64,000 nucleotides of DNA from Candidatus Marinacidobacterales bacterium (lineage in GTDB: Bacteria; Acidobacteriota; Vicinamibacteria; Marinacidobacterales; DATDRI01): assembly GCA_965219415.1 (NCBI GenBank), contig CBDCNP010000002.1, forward strand, positions 2,080,001-2,144,000, written 5' to 3'. Shown here one piece after another: positions 9,680 to 19,710 of the stretch. A program made the position numbers and the translations under genes. The notes under the pieces are model-generated. The model saw nothing but the letters and a program-made list of their open reading frames with translations. It did not search any database and was not told where the DNA came from. Position 1 is the first letter of the stretch. Each line of letters begins with the position of its first letter.

Positions 9680-10648
9680 ATGCAAGCGATCAGAATTCAT
9701 CAGGTGGGAGCTCCGGAAACGATGCAGTTAGAGGAGGTCCCGCAGCCGGAACCTGCTCGCGGGGAGACCCGGATTCGCCTGGAGGCAATTGGGGTCAACT
9801 ATATCGATACCTACCATCGCACTGGCCTCTATCCCTTGGGACTACCTTTCACTCCCGGCATCGAAGGAGCGGGAGTCGTCGAAAAGGTTGGGCCGGCGGT
9901 GGAAGACGTGCAGGTCGGCGATCGGGTGGCTTTCGCTAATTCGCTGGGAGCCTATAGTGAGGAAAAGGTCGTGGCGGCCAAAGGGTTGGCGAAGCTACCC
10001 GAGGGAATGGACAGTCGCACCGCCGCGGCGGCCATGGTTCAGGGCATCACCGCACACTACCTTACCCGCTCTACGTTCCCGCTCGGGCCGGGCCACAAGG
10101 TGTTGATCCACGCCGCCGCCGGGGGAGTCGGTTTGCTTCTCGTGCAGCTCGCGAAACGATTCGGTGCCACCGTTTTCGGGACCGTCTCCAGCCCGGAAAA
10201 GGCTGAAGCGTCGAAAGCCGCCGGCGCCGACCATGCGATCCTTTACACTCAGACGAACTTCGCCGACGAGGTCGAAAGGCTGACGAATGGTGAGGGAGTC
10301 GACGTGGTCTACGATTCCGTCGGCAAGGAAACTTACGAAAGGAGCTTGGCTTGCCTGATGCCTCGCGGCATGTTGGTTCTTTATGGAAACGCGAGCGGCC
10401 CGGTTCCGCCCATTGACCCGCTGGCACTCGCGAAAGGCGGCTCGATCTTTCTAACCCGGCCGACGGTCGCCCACTACATTCGTGACCGAGAAGAGTTTCT
10501 CGGGCGGGTAGACGAGATCTTTTCCTGGATCCAATCGGGCGAGCTCCGACTGACGGTCGACCGCACTCTACCTTTGTCCGAAGCAGCTGAAGCGCATCGG
10601 CTCTTGGAAAGCCGAAAGACAAAGGGCAAGCTTCTACTCGTGCCCTAG
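9680..10648 (+). CDS. qor: NADPH:quinone oxidoreductase (zeta-crystallin family)
   Basis: AIGVNYIDTYHRTGLY, HAAAGGVG, GVDVVYDSVGK, RKTKGKLLL. Confidence 0.92.
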   Translation: MQAIRIHQVGAPETMQLEEVPQPEPARGETRIRLEAIGVNYIDTYHRTGLYPLGLPFTPGIEGAGVVEKVGPAVEDVQVGDRVAFANSLGAYSEEKVVAAKGLAKLPEGMDSRTAAAAMVQGITAHYLTRSTFPLGPGHKVLIHAAAGGVGLLLVQLAKRFGATVFGTVSSPEKAEASKAAGADHAILYTQTNFADEVERLTNGEGVDVVYDSVGKETYERSLACLMPRGMLVLYGNASGPVPPIDPLALAKGGSIFLTRPTVAHYIRDREEFLGRVDEIFSWIQSGELRLTVDRTLPLSEAAEAHRLLESRKTKGKLLLVP

Positions 10649-11929
10649 GTCCCTGGAATAGGCTCGCTCCAATAAGACCGCCGGATGAGTTATCTCGCAG
10701 TTGAGCCCGGCCCGCTCGACTCCGTGGGATAGTTGCATCAGGCACCCGGGGTTCCCGCTCACAACAATATCGGGGGCGATCCTTTCCAGATGCCTCATTT
10801 TTTCATCGAGCGCGTTCATCGACACGCCATAGTGCGTAAGGTTGTAGATGCCTGCGCTTCCGCAACACCGCTCCGAGTCGGGGAAGCTCAAAAGAGAGAG
10901 GCCGGGTATGCTCGCGAGCAGATCCCGTGGCTCCGCGCGCACCCGTTGCGCATGGAAGAGATGACAAGGCGCGTCATAGGCAACGCGAGCCTCGACCCGT
11001 CCGTGCGGTGGCTCGAAACCCTCTCGCACGAGAAAGGCTGAGACGTCTCCCACCCGGGACGCGAACTCGGAGGACTCGGGATCATCGGCAAGCAGCTCTT
11101 CATACTCGGAGAGTGCAGCACCACAACCCGCCGCGTTCACCACGATGGCATCGACGCCCGCATCGCCGAACGCCCGCACGTTCGCTCGCGCAAGTTCTCG
11201 CGCCACGTCGGGGAGTCCATTGTGGAGGTGCAGAGCGCCGCAGCAACGCTGCGCCTCGGGGACGACGACTTCGAACCCATTTCGTTGTAACACCCGGGCG
11301 GTCGCACGGTTCACGTCGCCGAAGAAATGAGTTGCGATACACCCGGCGAAGAGGCCGACCCTTTTTCGGCGAGCCCCTTCGGCTTGAAAGAGCACTGGCA
11401 AATTGCGCCGCGCCTCTCGAGGGGGAACCCGCGGCAAGAGCGATTCGCGATCCGCCAGCCCGCCGGCCAGATCGCCAGGAAGCAATCGAAGCAATCTTTG
11501 CGCCATGCTACGTAACCCAGTCGCCTCGTATAGATGAAGCAGACCAACCAGCCGTTTTAGCCTCGTCGGGTGTGCCAGGATGCTTCCCAGCATTACTTTT
11601 TTGGTCGCTCTCGTCAGCCACCCTTCCGTTTTCTGCTCGGTGATAAGACCACGTACATCTTCCATGATCGATCCCACCGGAACACCTGCCGGGCAAACGG
11701 ATTCGCAAGCGCGGCACGCCAAGCAATCATAGATGTCCTCGGTCAGGGTGGGCGTGATGTCGAGCCGGCCTTCGAGTACCGCACGGATGTTGTACACCTG
11801 GCCGCGGGGCGCCACCGACTCGCGCCCCAAGGCGCTATAGGCCGGACACGCAGGCAGGCAGAGCCCGCAGTGCACGCAGGACAAAGTCTTATCGTAGAGG
11901 GCCTGGTGCTCGGGCGTCACGACTCGCAT
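10634..11929 (-). CDS. glcF: Glycolate oxidase iron-sulfur subunit
   Basis: Two CxxCxxCxxxCP ferredoxin motifs plus two CCG domains; start inferred at ATG 11929. Confidence 0.88.
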   Translation of the reverse strand: MRVVTPEHQALYDKTLSCVHCGLCLPACPAYSALGRESVAPRGQVYNIRAVLEGRLDITPTLTEDIYDCLACRACESVCPAGVPVGSIMEDVRGLITEQKTEGWLTRATKKVMLGSILAHPTRLKRLVGLLHLYEATGLRSMAQRLLRLLPGDLAGGLADRESLLPRVPPREARRNLPVLFQAEGARRKRVGLFAGCIATHFFGDVNRATARVLQRNGFEVVVPEAQRCCGALHLHNGLPDVARELARANVRAFGDAGVDAIVVNAAGCGAALSEYEELLADDPESSEFASRVGDVSAFLVREGFEPPHGRVEARVAYDAPCHLFHAQRVRAEPRDLLASIPGLSLLSFPDSERCCGSAGIYNLTHYGVSMNALDEKMRHLERIAPDIVVSGNPGCLMQLSHGVERAGLNCEITHPAVLLERAYSRDLGHE

Positions 11930-11974
11930 GGCGTACAGCATTATAATCGCTAATCTGGGAGGGAGGTTAGCTAT

Positions 11975-12132
11975 GCCGTCAAAATACGTCGTGCCAGCGA
12001 TGCTGGGCATCAAAACAGCCCGGTGCCAGTGTCAAAGTGGCCAGATGCCGGGCATCAAAACAGCCTGGTGCCACCATCAACGTGGCGCGCGGCCGTCAAA
12101 ATGGCCCGTTGCCAATAATCCAGGTGGCCAGA
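11975..12132. repeat. Degenerate direct repeats (~45 bp period) in the divergent intergenic region
   Basis: GATGCYGGGCATCAAAACAGCCYGGTGCCA at 11999-12028 and 12044-12073 (28/30 identical); related GCCGTCAAAAT...TGCCA at 11975 and 12092. Confidence 0.8.
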
Positions 12133-13610
12133 CGGCGGTCAGACGGCGGTACGCGGCCCTATCGTTCGTTTTCGCTCTACTACTCCTGGTGTCGACAGCT
12201 CATTCCCAAGACCCGGGCGGCGATGTCGGCAAGATCGTCGGCGAGATCCTGACTCGCGGTCAGCAAGAAAGCTACCTGTACGAGCTGTCCGACGGGATCG
12301 GCCAGAGACTCACCGGAAGCCCCAACGCCGAGCGCGCCGAGGAGGCGGTCGCCGAGTGGCTTCGCGAACTGAGTCTCATCAACGTTCATTTTGATCCCTT
12401 CCAGATGGGAGCCGGCTGGACGCGCGGAACCGCCGCGGCATCGATGACCTCACCCTATGCTCGCCCGCTCATCGTCGGCTCCTACACGTGGACGCCGGGC
12501 ACGGAGCCGGCAGGTGTGGAGGGCCCGATCGTCGATGCGGGCACCGGCACACCGGAGGACGTGAAGGCGATACTCGGGCGAGCCGCCGGAAGCATTGCGC
12601 TTGTTTCACCCATCACGACATCGCTCGACGAGGTCATCGAGAACCTTTATCGCACACCCGAGCTTGTCCGGGAGTTGGCCGATGCGGGCGTGAAAGCCGT
12701 CCTCATCGCCTCCGACAAGAAGGACACGCTCCTCTACACGGCACCGGTTTCCTTCGGAGCCGAGGCGTCGGTCTCTCCCGTGCCCGTTCTGTCGGTGGCG
12801 CAAGAAGACGTTGGCCTGCTTCGCCGTCTGCTCGCCCGAGATCAAGTAAGGGTTCGGGTCACGGTCAGGAACACCGTGGGGCCAGCGTTTCAATCGCGCA
12901 ACGTGGTCGGAGAGATTCGCGGCACCGAAGCGCCCGAGGAGATCGTCCTCATCGGCGCTCATCTCGATTCCAACGATCTCGGATCCGGTGCCGTCGATAA
13001 CGCGGCGGGGTGCGCCGGTCTCCTCGAGACGGCCCGTGCCATCAAAGCCCTGGGACTCCAACCACGTCGCACGATTCGTCTCGTTTTCTTCATGGGCGAG
13101 GAAGAAGGATTGGTTGGATCGACCGCATACGTCAAGCAACACTTGGATTGCCTAGACGACATGGTTGCGGTCTTGATCATGGACATCGGAGCCGGGAAGC
13201 CACTCGGTTGGTTCTCCATGGGAAGAAGCGACCTGGACAAAGAGATTGAGACGATCATGGATCCCCTCGGCGCCATTAGTGGATCCGCGATCGTGCACGC
13301 TGCTTTCGTCGCCACCGACAACGCCGCCTTCATGGCAGCGGGAGTTGCCAACCTTGTAATGATTCAAGACGACTCCTCCTACGTGCCGGTGCACCACACC
13401 GCGGCCGACACGCCAGACAAAGCCGACGGCGCGGCGCTGGCCGCGGCGGTGGCTACGTTGGCCGGGGTCGCTTACCAAATAGCGGATCAACCGGTTCGGT
13501 TCGGGAGACGTCTATCGCCGCCGGAAATTCAGAAAATGATGGAAGAGTCCGCAGGCCTCGAGCGCCAGTGGCGGGCCTCGGGTATTTGGCCGCTCAGCAA
13601 ATCACCCTAG
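12124..13610 (+). CDS. Secreted M28 family peptidase (carboxypeptidase Q-like); start uncertain
   Basis: GAHLDS, GAVDNAAG, GEEEGL, DIG and HHT..DT motifs, PA domain; signal peptide RRRYAALSF...AHSQ. Confidence 0.85.
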
Positions 13611-13650
13611 TGCCCTGTATCAGTAATTCGCCACCTAAATCTCGGCCCCC
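13607..13650. repeat. Partial copy (left arm) of the CTAG-flanked MITE-like element
   Basis: CTAGTGCCCTGTATCAGT..TTCG....TAAATCTCG matches the element end at 33753. Confidence 0.75.
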
Positions 13651-13669
13651 ATCCAAGAAGCCGGCGTTC

Positions 13670-14827
13670 CTATTTGCTACCGGCGCCCGACTCGCCGAGG
13701 CGTTCCATCTCTTCTCTCAAATCAATCTCTCGGATGGGTCGAACCAACCTGTAGTGGAGGTAGAGACTGAAGAGGACAGCCAAGACACCGATACCAATGA
13801 AAAACAGCACCAGAAACCAGGTGGCCGCGGTGGTCGGCGCCTGGGCCTCCCCGGCCTCCTGCTGGACCACAATCAGCCAATCGCCGTAGGCGGCAGGACT
13901 CGGCTCGGGCATCTTGGCGAAGCTCGCCACCCATACTCGGCGCTTGCCATCTCGACTCATGAAGGATTTCCGGCCTTCGCTCAGCGCCTCTTGAAGACTG
14001 GCGAAACCTGGGTACTGCCGCCGCATGATATCTTCCGGCCTACGCCCGGCAATGACGGTTCCATCTTTCGCACTTACCAAGAGCGCATGACCGGTTTCAC
14101 CTCGTTTCACGGCGCTCACGACAGAAAAAAGATCACTCGCCCGCCAGAGCGCCTTGAGTACCCCGATGACCAAGTAGTCATCGCCACCTAGCTTGTCGCG
14201 GACCGGAACCGCCATCTCCAGCTCGTGCCCGCCGGCGCTGGTGTCAAAGATGACGCCACTCGAGTACAACGTGCCCTGCTCACCGTCACCGAACGCCTGC
14301 CGCCACCAGGCCTCGTCCGCCTGGTAGTAGTCGGTTGTAATGTTGGTCGCCGCCACCAAGGCTCCTTGCCGGTCGGTCAACAAAATCTCTTGGTAGGATG
14401 GGTTTAAAGCTGCGATCTCTCGGAGAAACTCCGACGTATCGTTCCCAACGATGTCCAAGGCAATGGGTACCGCTCCGCGCCCACGCACCCAGTCCCCATC
14501 GACTTCGAGCAGCCGGTCTCGGATCTGCTCCGGGTCCACGACGTAGCGACGATTCGAGACGTTGGCGGCTTCACGCAACGAGGGCGTCGATGCGATGACG
14601 GAAACGTTGGCGAGATTGTTGAGCAAATAAGTATCCAAATAACGTGCCGCATCGGCGGCGGCACCGCCCAGCATGTCTTCGCCAAGGGTCTGATTAAGCT
14701 CGGCTCTAAGCCAACCTAGAATGAGGAGACAGCCAGCGAGAAGGAACGGCCCCCCTATCGCCAAGAACAGCAAGACCAACCGGGGCTCGAGCTCAATGAG
14801 GCGGGTACTCTTCTTTTTTTCGGCCAT
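13670..14827 (-). CDS. Membrane-anchored dCache sensor-domain protein without an output domain
   Basis: Two TM segments flanking a Cache-like region (EILLTDRQGALVAA, DYYQADEAWW, GETGHALLV); short cytoplasmic tail. Confidence 0.8.
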   Translation of the reverse strand: MAEKKKSTRLIELEPRLVLLFLAIGGPFLLAGCLLILGWLRAELNQTLGEDMLGGAAADAARYLDTYLLNNLANVSVIASTPSLREAANVSNRRYVVDPEQIRDRLLEVDGDWVRGRGAVPIALDIVGNDTSEFLREIAALNPSYQEILLTDRQGALVAATNITTDYYQADEAWWRQAFGDGEQGTLYSSGVIFDTSAGGHELEMAVPVRDKLGGDDYLVIGVLKALWRASDLFSVVSAVKRGETGHALLVSAKDGTVIAGRRPEDIMRRQYPGFASLQEALSEGRKSFMSRDGKRRVWVASFAKMPEPSPAAYGDWLIVVQQEAGEAQAPTTAATWFLVLFFIGIGVLAVLFSLYLHYRLVRPIREIDLREEMERLGESGAGSK

Positions 14828-15073
14828 GATCGAACTCCTTTCCACTCGCGCGAGACCGGAGCACGGGGAAAGTTCGGGGAGAGATCGCAGCTCCAAAGCC
14901 CGCGCTAAAAAGCGAGCGTTTGTCCCGAGATCGGCTCGGGACTAAGTGCGTGGGTCCCGAGCCACGGTAAACCGATCGGAGACACCATGGAGCCTCCTTC
15001 TGTTTGAGTAAAAGCTAGATGCTACATACCGCCCCGTCGCCTCAAAGTCAAGAAGGGGTTCGATTAGGCGGCG

Positions 15074-16324
15074 TTACAGACGACCCACGAAGCGGCCAGG
15101 CGAAAGAACTCCATTGGGGTCGAGTTTCTCTTTGATCTTCTCCATCAATTCAAACCCTGAAGGCTTCCCACCGAAAACGTCAAGGCGCGCTTTGAGCTCC
15201 TGAGGCCCTGATTCCAAAACGGCATTACCGTCGAGGCCCTGGGCCTTCGCCAACATATTCGGATAGTCCTCGGGGTCTTCGGAACGCGCGTAGACCAAAC
15301 CGGCGTCCGGGTACGCCACGATCGGTCCTTTCGCTTGCCACCTCTCGGCGAGGGACACCGTTTGCGAAGGTAGGACCTGACCGAGGACAACCATGGGCGA
15401 CTCCGGCGACGACGCCGGGAAATCGCGGAGCCGGTCCCACAAAATTTCGCTTTCCCCGGGAGTCGGTCGGAAAACCTCGTTCCCACGCAAGAGATCTTCG
15501 CTCCTGTCGCAATGGTCGGACACCTCCTCATCGATTCCTTCATAGCGGAGCAAGAGCAGCCAACCGTTGAAAGAAAGGGTAGCGGCGAGGGACGGGTCAG
15601 CGACCGCGATGACCTCAGGCCGGAAGGCGCCCCTTCCGAGCACAGAAATAGCTTCAGAGATCGAAAACGCATCCCGAAGCGATACGGCAAGCGTCACGGT
15701 TGTTTCGGGAATGGGCCGCACGCGCAGGTGAACGCGGGTGAGGAACGCCAGCGTCCCACGCGAGCCGACCAGGAGCTTCATCAGCTCGTAGCCGGCCACG
15801 TTCTTCACCACCCGCCCCCCTGCAGAAACCGGAGTTCCGTCCGCCAACAAAGCATCGAAGCCCAAGAGGAGGTCGCGTGGGCGCGCCCCCGGTTGACGAC
15901 GGAAGCCGGGCTCACCCGAGGCGAGGACTCCACCCACGGTGGCCCGCTCGCCGGACGGCGGATCCCACGGCATGAACTGCCTCTCCTTCGCGAGCAACTG
16001 CTGAAGCTCGCGAAGTCGAGTGCCAGCCTGAACGGTTACGGTCGAGTCCGCGGGCTCGTAGTCCTCGACGCCCTTGAGGTGGGAAGCACTAAGATAACAA
16101 TCGAGTCGGGCAGGCAAGTTGCCGACATGGAGACGCGTGCCACCTCCGTACGGAACCACCGCCAGCCCCTCGCGGGAACAGAAGGAGAGCGTCTCGGAAA
16201 CGGCCTCCGGCGACACCGGTTCCAGAACCAGAGACGGCTCCATGCCGTCGATCTGCGGGTCTTCGGTTCCCGGTGGGCGAGCATTCGCCTCCTTTAACAA
16301 CTCGCGGGCTTTCCCGATCGTCAT
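15074..16324 (-). CDS. glcE: Glycolate oxidase FAD-binding subunit
   Basis: ATVGGVLA, GGRVVKNVAGYELMKLLVGSRGTL, KLDPNGVLSPGR; ATGA overlap with glcD. Confidence 0.88.
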   Translation of the reverse strand: MTIGKARELLKEANARPPGTEDPQIDGMEPSLVLEPVSPEAVSETLSFCSREGLAVVPYGGGTRLHVGNLPARLDCYLSASHLKGVEDYEPADSTVTVQAGTRLRELQQLLAKERQFMPWDPPSGERATVGGVLASGEPGFRRQPGARPRDLLLGFDALLADGTPVSAGGRVVKNVAGYELMKLLVGSRGTLAFLTRVHLRVRPIPETTVTLAVSLRDAFSISEAISVLGRGAFRPEVIAVADPSLAATLSFNGWLLLLRYEGIDEEVSDHCDRSEDLLRGNEVFRPTPGESEILWDRLRDFPASSPESPMVVLGQVLPSQTVSLAERWQAKGPIVAYPDAGLVYARSEDPEDYPNMLAKAQGLDGNAVLESGPQELKARLDVFGGKPSGFELMEKIKEKLDPNGVLSPGRFVGRL

Positions 16325-17763
16325 ATCCAGGCTCCCGGAATCGCCGCCACGCTGCCTAACGCTCCTTTTTCGCCACACCCCTGACCGGTCGGAAACACCT
16401 TGCTCGGATTGCATAGGCCTCGAGGGTTCCAGACCTCGCGAAGCGAACGCATCAGGTCGAGATCCGACTCGGAAAAGATCAGCTTCATGAAATTCGCTTT
16501 TTCGGTACCGATCCCATGCTCACCACTGATCGAACCTCCTACCGACACACAGAGCTCCATGATCGCTCGCCCGGCCTCGAGCACCCTTCGCTTTTCGTCC
16601 TCGTCGCGGCCGTCGTAAGGAATACAGGGGTGGAGATTGCCGTCGCCGGCATGAAACACGTTGGCCACCCGGATGCGGTACTCGCGCGCGATCTCGTCGA
16701 CCTTGGCCAGGACTTCCGGCAAGCGTGTCCGAGGAACGACCCCGTCCTGCACATAGAGATCGGTGGAGACACGGCCCATCGCCCCGAAGGACACTTTCCT
16801 CCCCTTCCACAGCCGCTCGCGCTCCTCGGCGTCGCGCGCCGCGGTGAAGGCCACCGCGCCGCGCTGACGGCAGATCGCTTCCACCTCTTTTTCTAGCCGG
16901 CCCATGGCCGCCTTCGCCCCGTCGAACTCGACCAAGAGCACTGCCTCGGCGTCCTTGGGGTATCCGGCCGCGCTGACCCCAGCCTCGACGACCTCAATGG
17001 TGGCTCGATCCAGCATTTCCAGTGCCGCGGGCACGATACCGTGAGCCACGATGTCGGAAACCGCTTCACACGCCGCGACCATGCTGCGGAAGGGGGCGAG
17101 ACATGTCTTCACCGCCTCGGGCAGGGGCAACAATCGCACCTCCGCCTCGGTGGCGATGCCGAACATACCCTCGGATCCGACGAATAGTCCCACCAAATCG
17201 TAGCCCACACCGGGCCGGCGGTCCCCCAACTTCACGATTTCTCCGTCAGGCAACACCACTATGAGGGAAAGGACGTGGGCGGTCGTTGCACCGTACTTGA
17301 AACAATGCGGCCCGCCCGCGTTCTCGGCGATGTTGCCGCCCACGGTGCAAGAAGACTGGCTGGACGGATCGGGCGCAAAGAAGAGGCCGCTCGAAGCGAC
17401 GCCTTGGGATATCGCTAGGTTGACGATGCCCGTTTGGACACGAGCGGTGCGATTCTCGATATCGACATCGAGAATCCGGTTCAGCCGGTTCATCGCCACA
17501 ACGACTCCGCCTTCGACCGGGATAGCACCCCCGGAGAGTCCCGTTCCTGCGCCTCGGCCCACGAAAGGGATCCCCGATGCTGCACAGACTCGGACCACCT
17601 CCGATACCTCTTCTGTCGAGCCCGGCAGTACTACCGCTTCAGGAGGGCTCTTGAAAGCGGTGGTCCCGTCACATTCGTAAACCAGGACGTGCTCGGGCCG
17701 CACAAGTAGGGCATCCTTGCCCACGATCCGCTCTAACTCTCTGAGGGAGGTCTTGGGTAGCAC
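16321..17763 (-). CDS. glcD: Glycolate oxidase subunit GlcD
   Basis: RGAGTGLSGG, PDPSSQ, NVFHAGDGNLHP, GSISGEHGIG. Confidence 0.92.
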   Translation of the reverse strand: MLPKTSLRELERIVGKDALLVRPEHVLVYECDGTTAFKSPPEAVVLPGSTEEVSEVVRVCAASGIPFVGRGAGTGLSGGAIPVEGGVVVAMNRLNRILDVDIENRTARVQTGIVNLAISQGVASSGLFFAPDPSSQSSCTVGGNIAENAGGPHCFKYGATTAHVLSLIVVLPDGEIVKLGDRRPGVGYDLVGLFVGSEGMFGIATEAEVRLLPLPEAVKTCLAPFRSMVAACEAVSDIVAHGIVPAALEMLDRATIEVVEAGVSAAGYPKDAEAVLLVEFDGAKAAMGRLEKEVEAICRQRGAVAFTAARDAEERERLWKGRKVSFGAMGRVSTDLYVQDGVVPRTRLPEVLAKVDEIAREYRIRVANVFHAGDGNLHPCIPYDGRDEDEKRRVLEAGRAIMELCVSVGGSISGEHGIGTEKANFMKLIFSESDLDLMRSLREVWNPRGLCNPSKVFPTGQGCGEKGALGSVAAIPGAWI

Positions 17764-18077
17764 TGAGGCAAGCTAGCATAGCGTCCAGTGGAGGAGCAAG
17801 ATCTCGCCGTCCATCCTGCCGCGGGCCAACCACTGAGGGGGCCCGGGAAGGCCAGGGTGGCTGGACGGTTGCAAAGAGGGAGTCCATGTAATACAGTTAG
17901 GAGCTTGGCCTGGCTCGGGACTCACTAGTTGCGTCTTTGGGATCTCTGATCGCAAGGAACCCCCGGAGCGCTGGGTCAAGTTTGGCAAGTGGGCCTCCTG
18001 GGAAACGTTCCGAGCTCGGCTTGAGCCCGGTACGCCAGCTAGAAGGCGTTGACTTAGCTCATGAGAAGGAGTCAGAC

Positions 18078-18581
18078 ATGAAGATGGCGTCCGGAAGCGC
18101 CGAGCTAGCAGTCAAGGTGAAAACGGAAGTGCCGAAAGTGGAAGCCAATGGGCTTAAGATCTTTTCACGCACCTTGAAGGTTGTCACCGACAGCCGAGTA
18201 GAGCTCTACAATGTGACCGATCGCATTCGTGATCTGGTACGGGCCTCGGGAGTCAAAGCTGGTTTTCTGGTCGTCTCTACTCTGCACACCACTACCGCGG
18301 TGTTCATTAACGAGTTTCAGGCCGCGCTCATGGCCGACGTCAAGACTTTTCTTGAACGGTTCGTCAACAAAGACCATGGGTACCTCCATAACTGCGAGGA
18401 CTGCTCCGATTGCGACCGGAAGAATGCCGACTCCCATCTCAGGGCGATGCTTCTAGGGCACAATCTGACGCTACCCATCGAGGAGGGGTCCATTACCCTT
18501 GGCAAGTGGCAGAGCATCTTGTTTGCGGAGCTCGACGGTCCCCGGGAGCGGACCGTGACCGCTCAGGTCATCGGTATCTAA
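18078..18581 (+). CDS. yjbQ: YjbQ/UPF0047 family protein (secondary thiamine-phosphate synthase-like)
   Basis: HTTTAVFINE, NADSHLR, LGKWQSILFAELDGPR; AAGGAG RBS. Confidence 0.88.
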   Translation: MKMASGSAELAVKVKTEVPKVEANGLKIFSRTLKVVTDSRVELYNVTDRIRDLVRASGVKAGFLVVSTLHTTTAVFINEFQAALMADVKTFLERFVNKDHGYLHNCEDCSDCDRKNADSHLRAMLLGHNLTLPIEEGSITLGKWQSILFAELDGPRERTVTAQVIGI

Positions 18582-18707
18582 GGGTATCTAGGGGCATCTC
18601 GGCCCCGCTGCAGGTTAGATCCCCACTCGTCAAAGTCTGTCAAGAGCGCGTATTAGCTTGCCCGCGGCAGGGAGAGTCAAGCTACACTGGCGGAAGGACC
18701 TGCAACG

Positions 18708-19085
18708 TTGCAGCTACGGTTGGATTTCGATTTCAACGCTGCCCATCGCCTTCCTTACTACGAAGGTCCCTGCTTTCACACCCACGGACATAATTATCGA
18801 TTGAGGGTCTTGGTCACCGGCCGTGTCGATCCCGCTACGGGCCTATCGATGGACTTCATGACCATCAAACGCCTGGTACAAGACAACGTTCTCCAGACCA
18901 TCGATCACAACGACCTGAACCAGGTGCTCGACAACCCAACTGCGGAAAACGTCGTGGCCTGGATTTGGAAGCGGCTGCGTCCTGCCCTGCCGGGCCTCGT
19001 CGAGCTCCAACTCTTCGAAACGCCAGACTGTGGCGTCATCTACCGCGGAGACTCCGATGGCGAAGCGGAAGCGGTCCAGCAGTAA
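18708..19085 (+). CDS. queD: 6-carboxytetrahydropterin synthase (QueD/PTPS)
   Basis: FNAAHRL..C..THGHNY, DHNDLN, NPTAEN, LFETP. Confidence 0.9.
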   Translation: MQLRLDFDFNAAHRLPYYEGPCFHTHGHNYRLRVLVTGRVDPATGLSMDFMTIKRLVQDNVLQTIDHNDLNQVLDNPTAENVVAWIWKRLRPALPGLVELQLFETPDCGVIYRGDSDGEAEAVQQ

Positions 19086-19710
19086 GACTGGCCGGCGAAC
19101 TCCTCGCCGCCAAACCCCGGACTTACGCTCGATGAGTGAAGCGATTCGTGCGTTCTTGGATACGGCCGGAATCGATACCGCTCACCCACAGCTGATCGAC
19201 ACACCCGAGCGGGTGGCGCGGTCGTGGACCGAAGAGTTTTTCGATGGGTACGGTGCGGACCCGGCGGTCATCCTCCGCGATCACTTCGATGCCGATGAGA
19301 GCGCCTCGACCGACTCGTCTGGGTTGGTCCTAGCCAAAGACATTCCGTTTCACGGCCTTTGCCCTCATCACCTTCTCCCCCTGCAGGGGCGAGCTCACAT
19401 CGGTTATCTCCCCAATGGCAAACTGGTTCCGTTTTCCGGCCTGGTGCGATTGCTGGACTGCTTCGCACACCGGCTGGAGGTGCAGGAAACCGTGACCAAG
19501 CAGATCGCGGAAGCACTGGTGAAGCATCTGCGCGTCAAGGGTGCGGCGTCGATCCTTGAAAGCGAGCAAACCTGTATGACTCTGCGCGGAGTAAAACGCC
19601 TCGGTACTCGAATCGTGACTACTCACTTCGCGGGATTATTCACTTCTCGGGCCGACCTAAGGAGCGAGTTCTTGCAGAGCGTGGGCCTCCCCGAAGGGAC
19701 TAATGAATGA
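19057..19710 (+). CDS. folE: GTP cyclohydrolase I (FolE-like, variant motifs)
   Basis: TPERVAR, LCPHHLLP, AHIGYLP, RLEVQE, TCMTLRGV. Confidence 0.8.
   Translation: MAKRKRSSSKTGRRTPRRQTPDLRSMSEAIRAFLDTAGIDTAHPQLIDTPERVARSWTEEFFDGYGADPAVILRDHFDADESASTDSSGLVLAKDIPFHGLCPHHLLPLQGRAHIGYLPNGKLVPFSGLVRLLDCFAHRLEVQETVTKQIAEALVKHLRVKGAASILESEQTCMTLRGVKRLGTRIVTTHFAGLFTSRADLRSEFLQSVGLPEGTNE

Noticed and set aside
11975-12132. CRISPR array
   Set aside because: Only two good copies, a 15-bp gap, and no cas genes nearby
17773-18077. Riboswitch or 6S/SRP RNA upstream of yjbQ
   Set aside because: Hairpins exist (CCGTCCA/TGGACGG) but no recognisable TPP, preQ1, c-di-AMP or SRP consensus; needs Infernal
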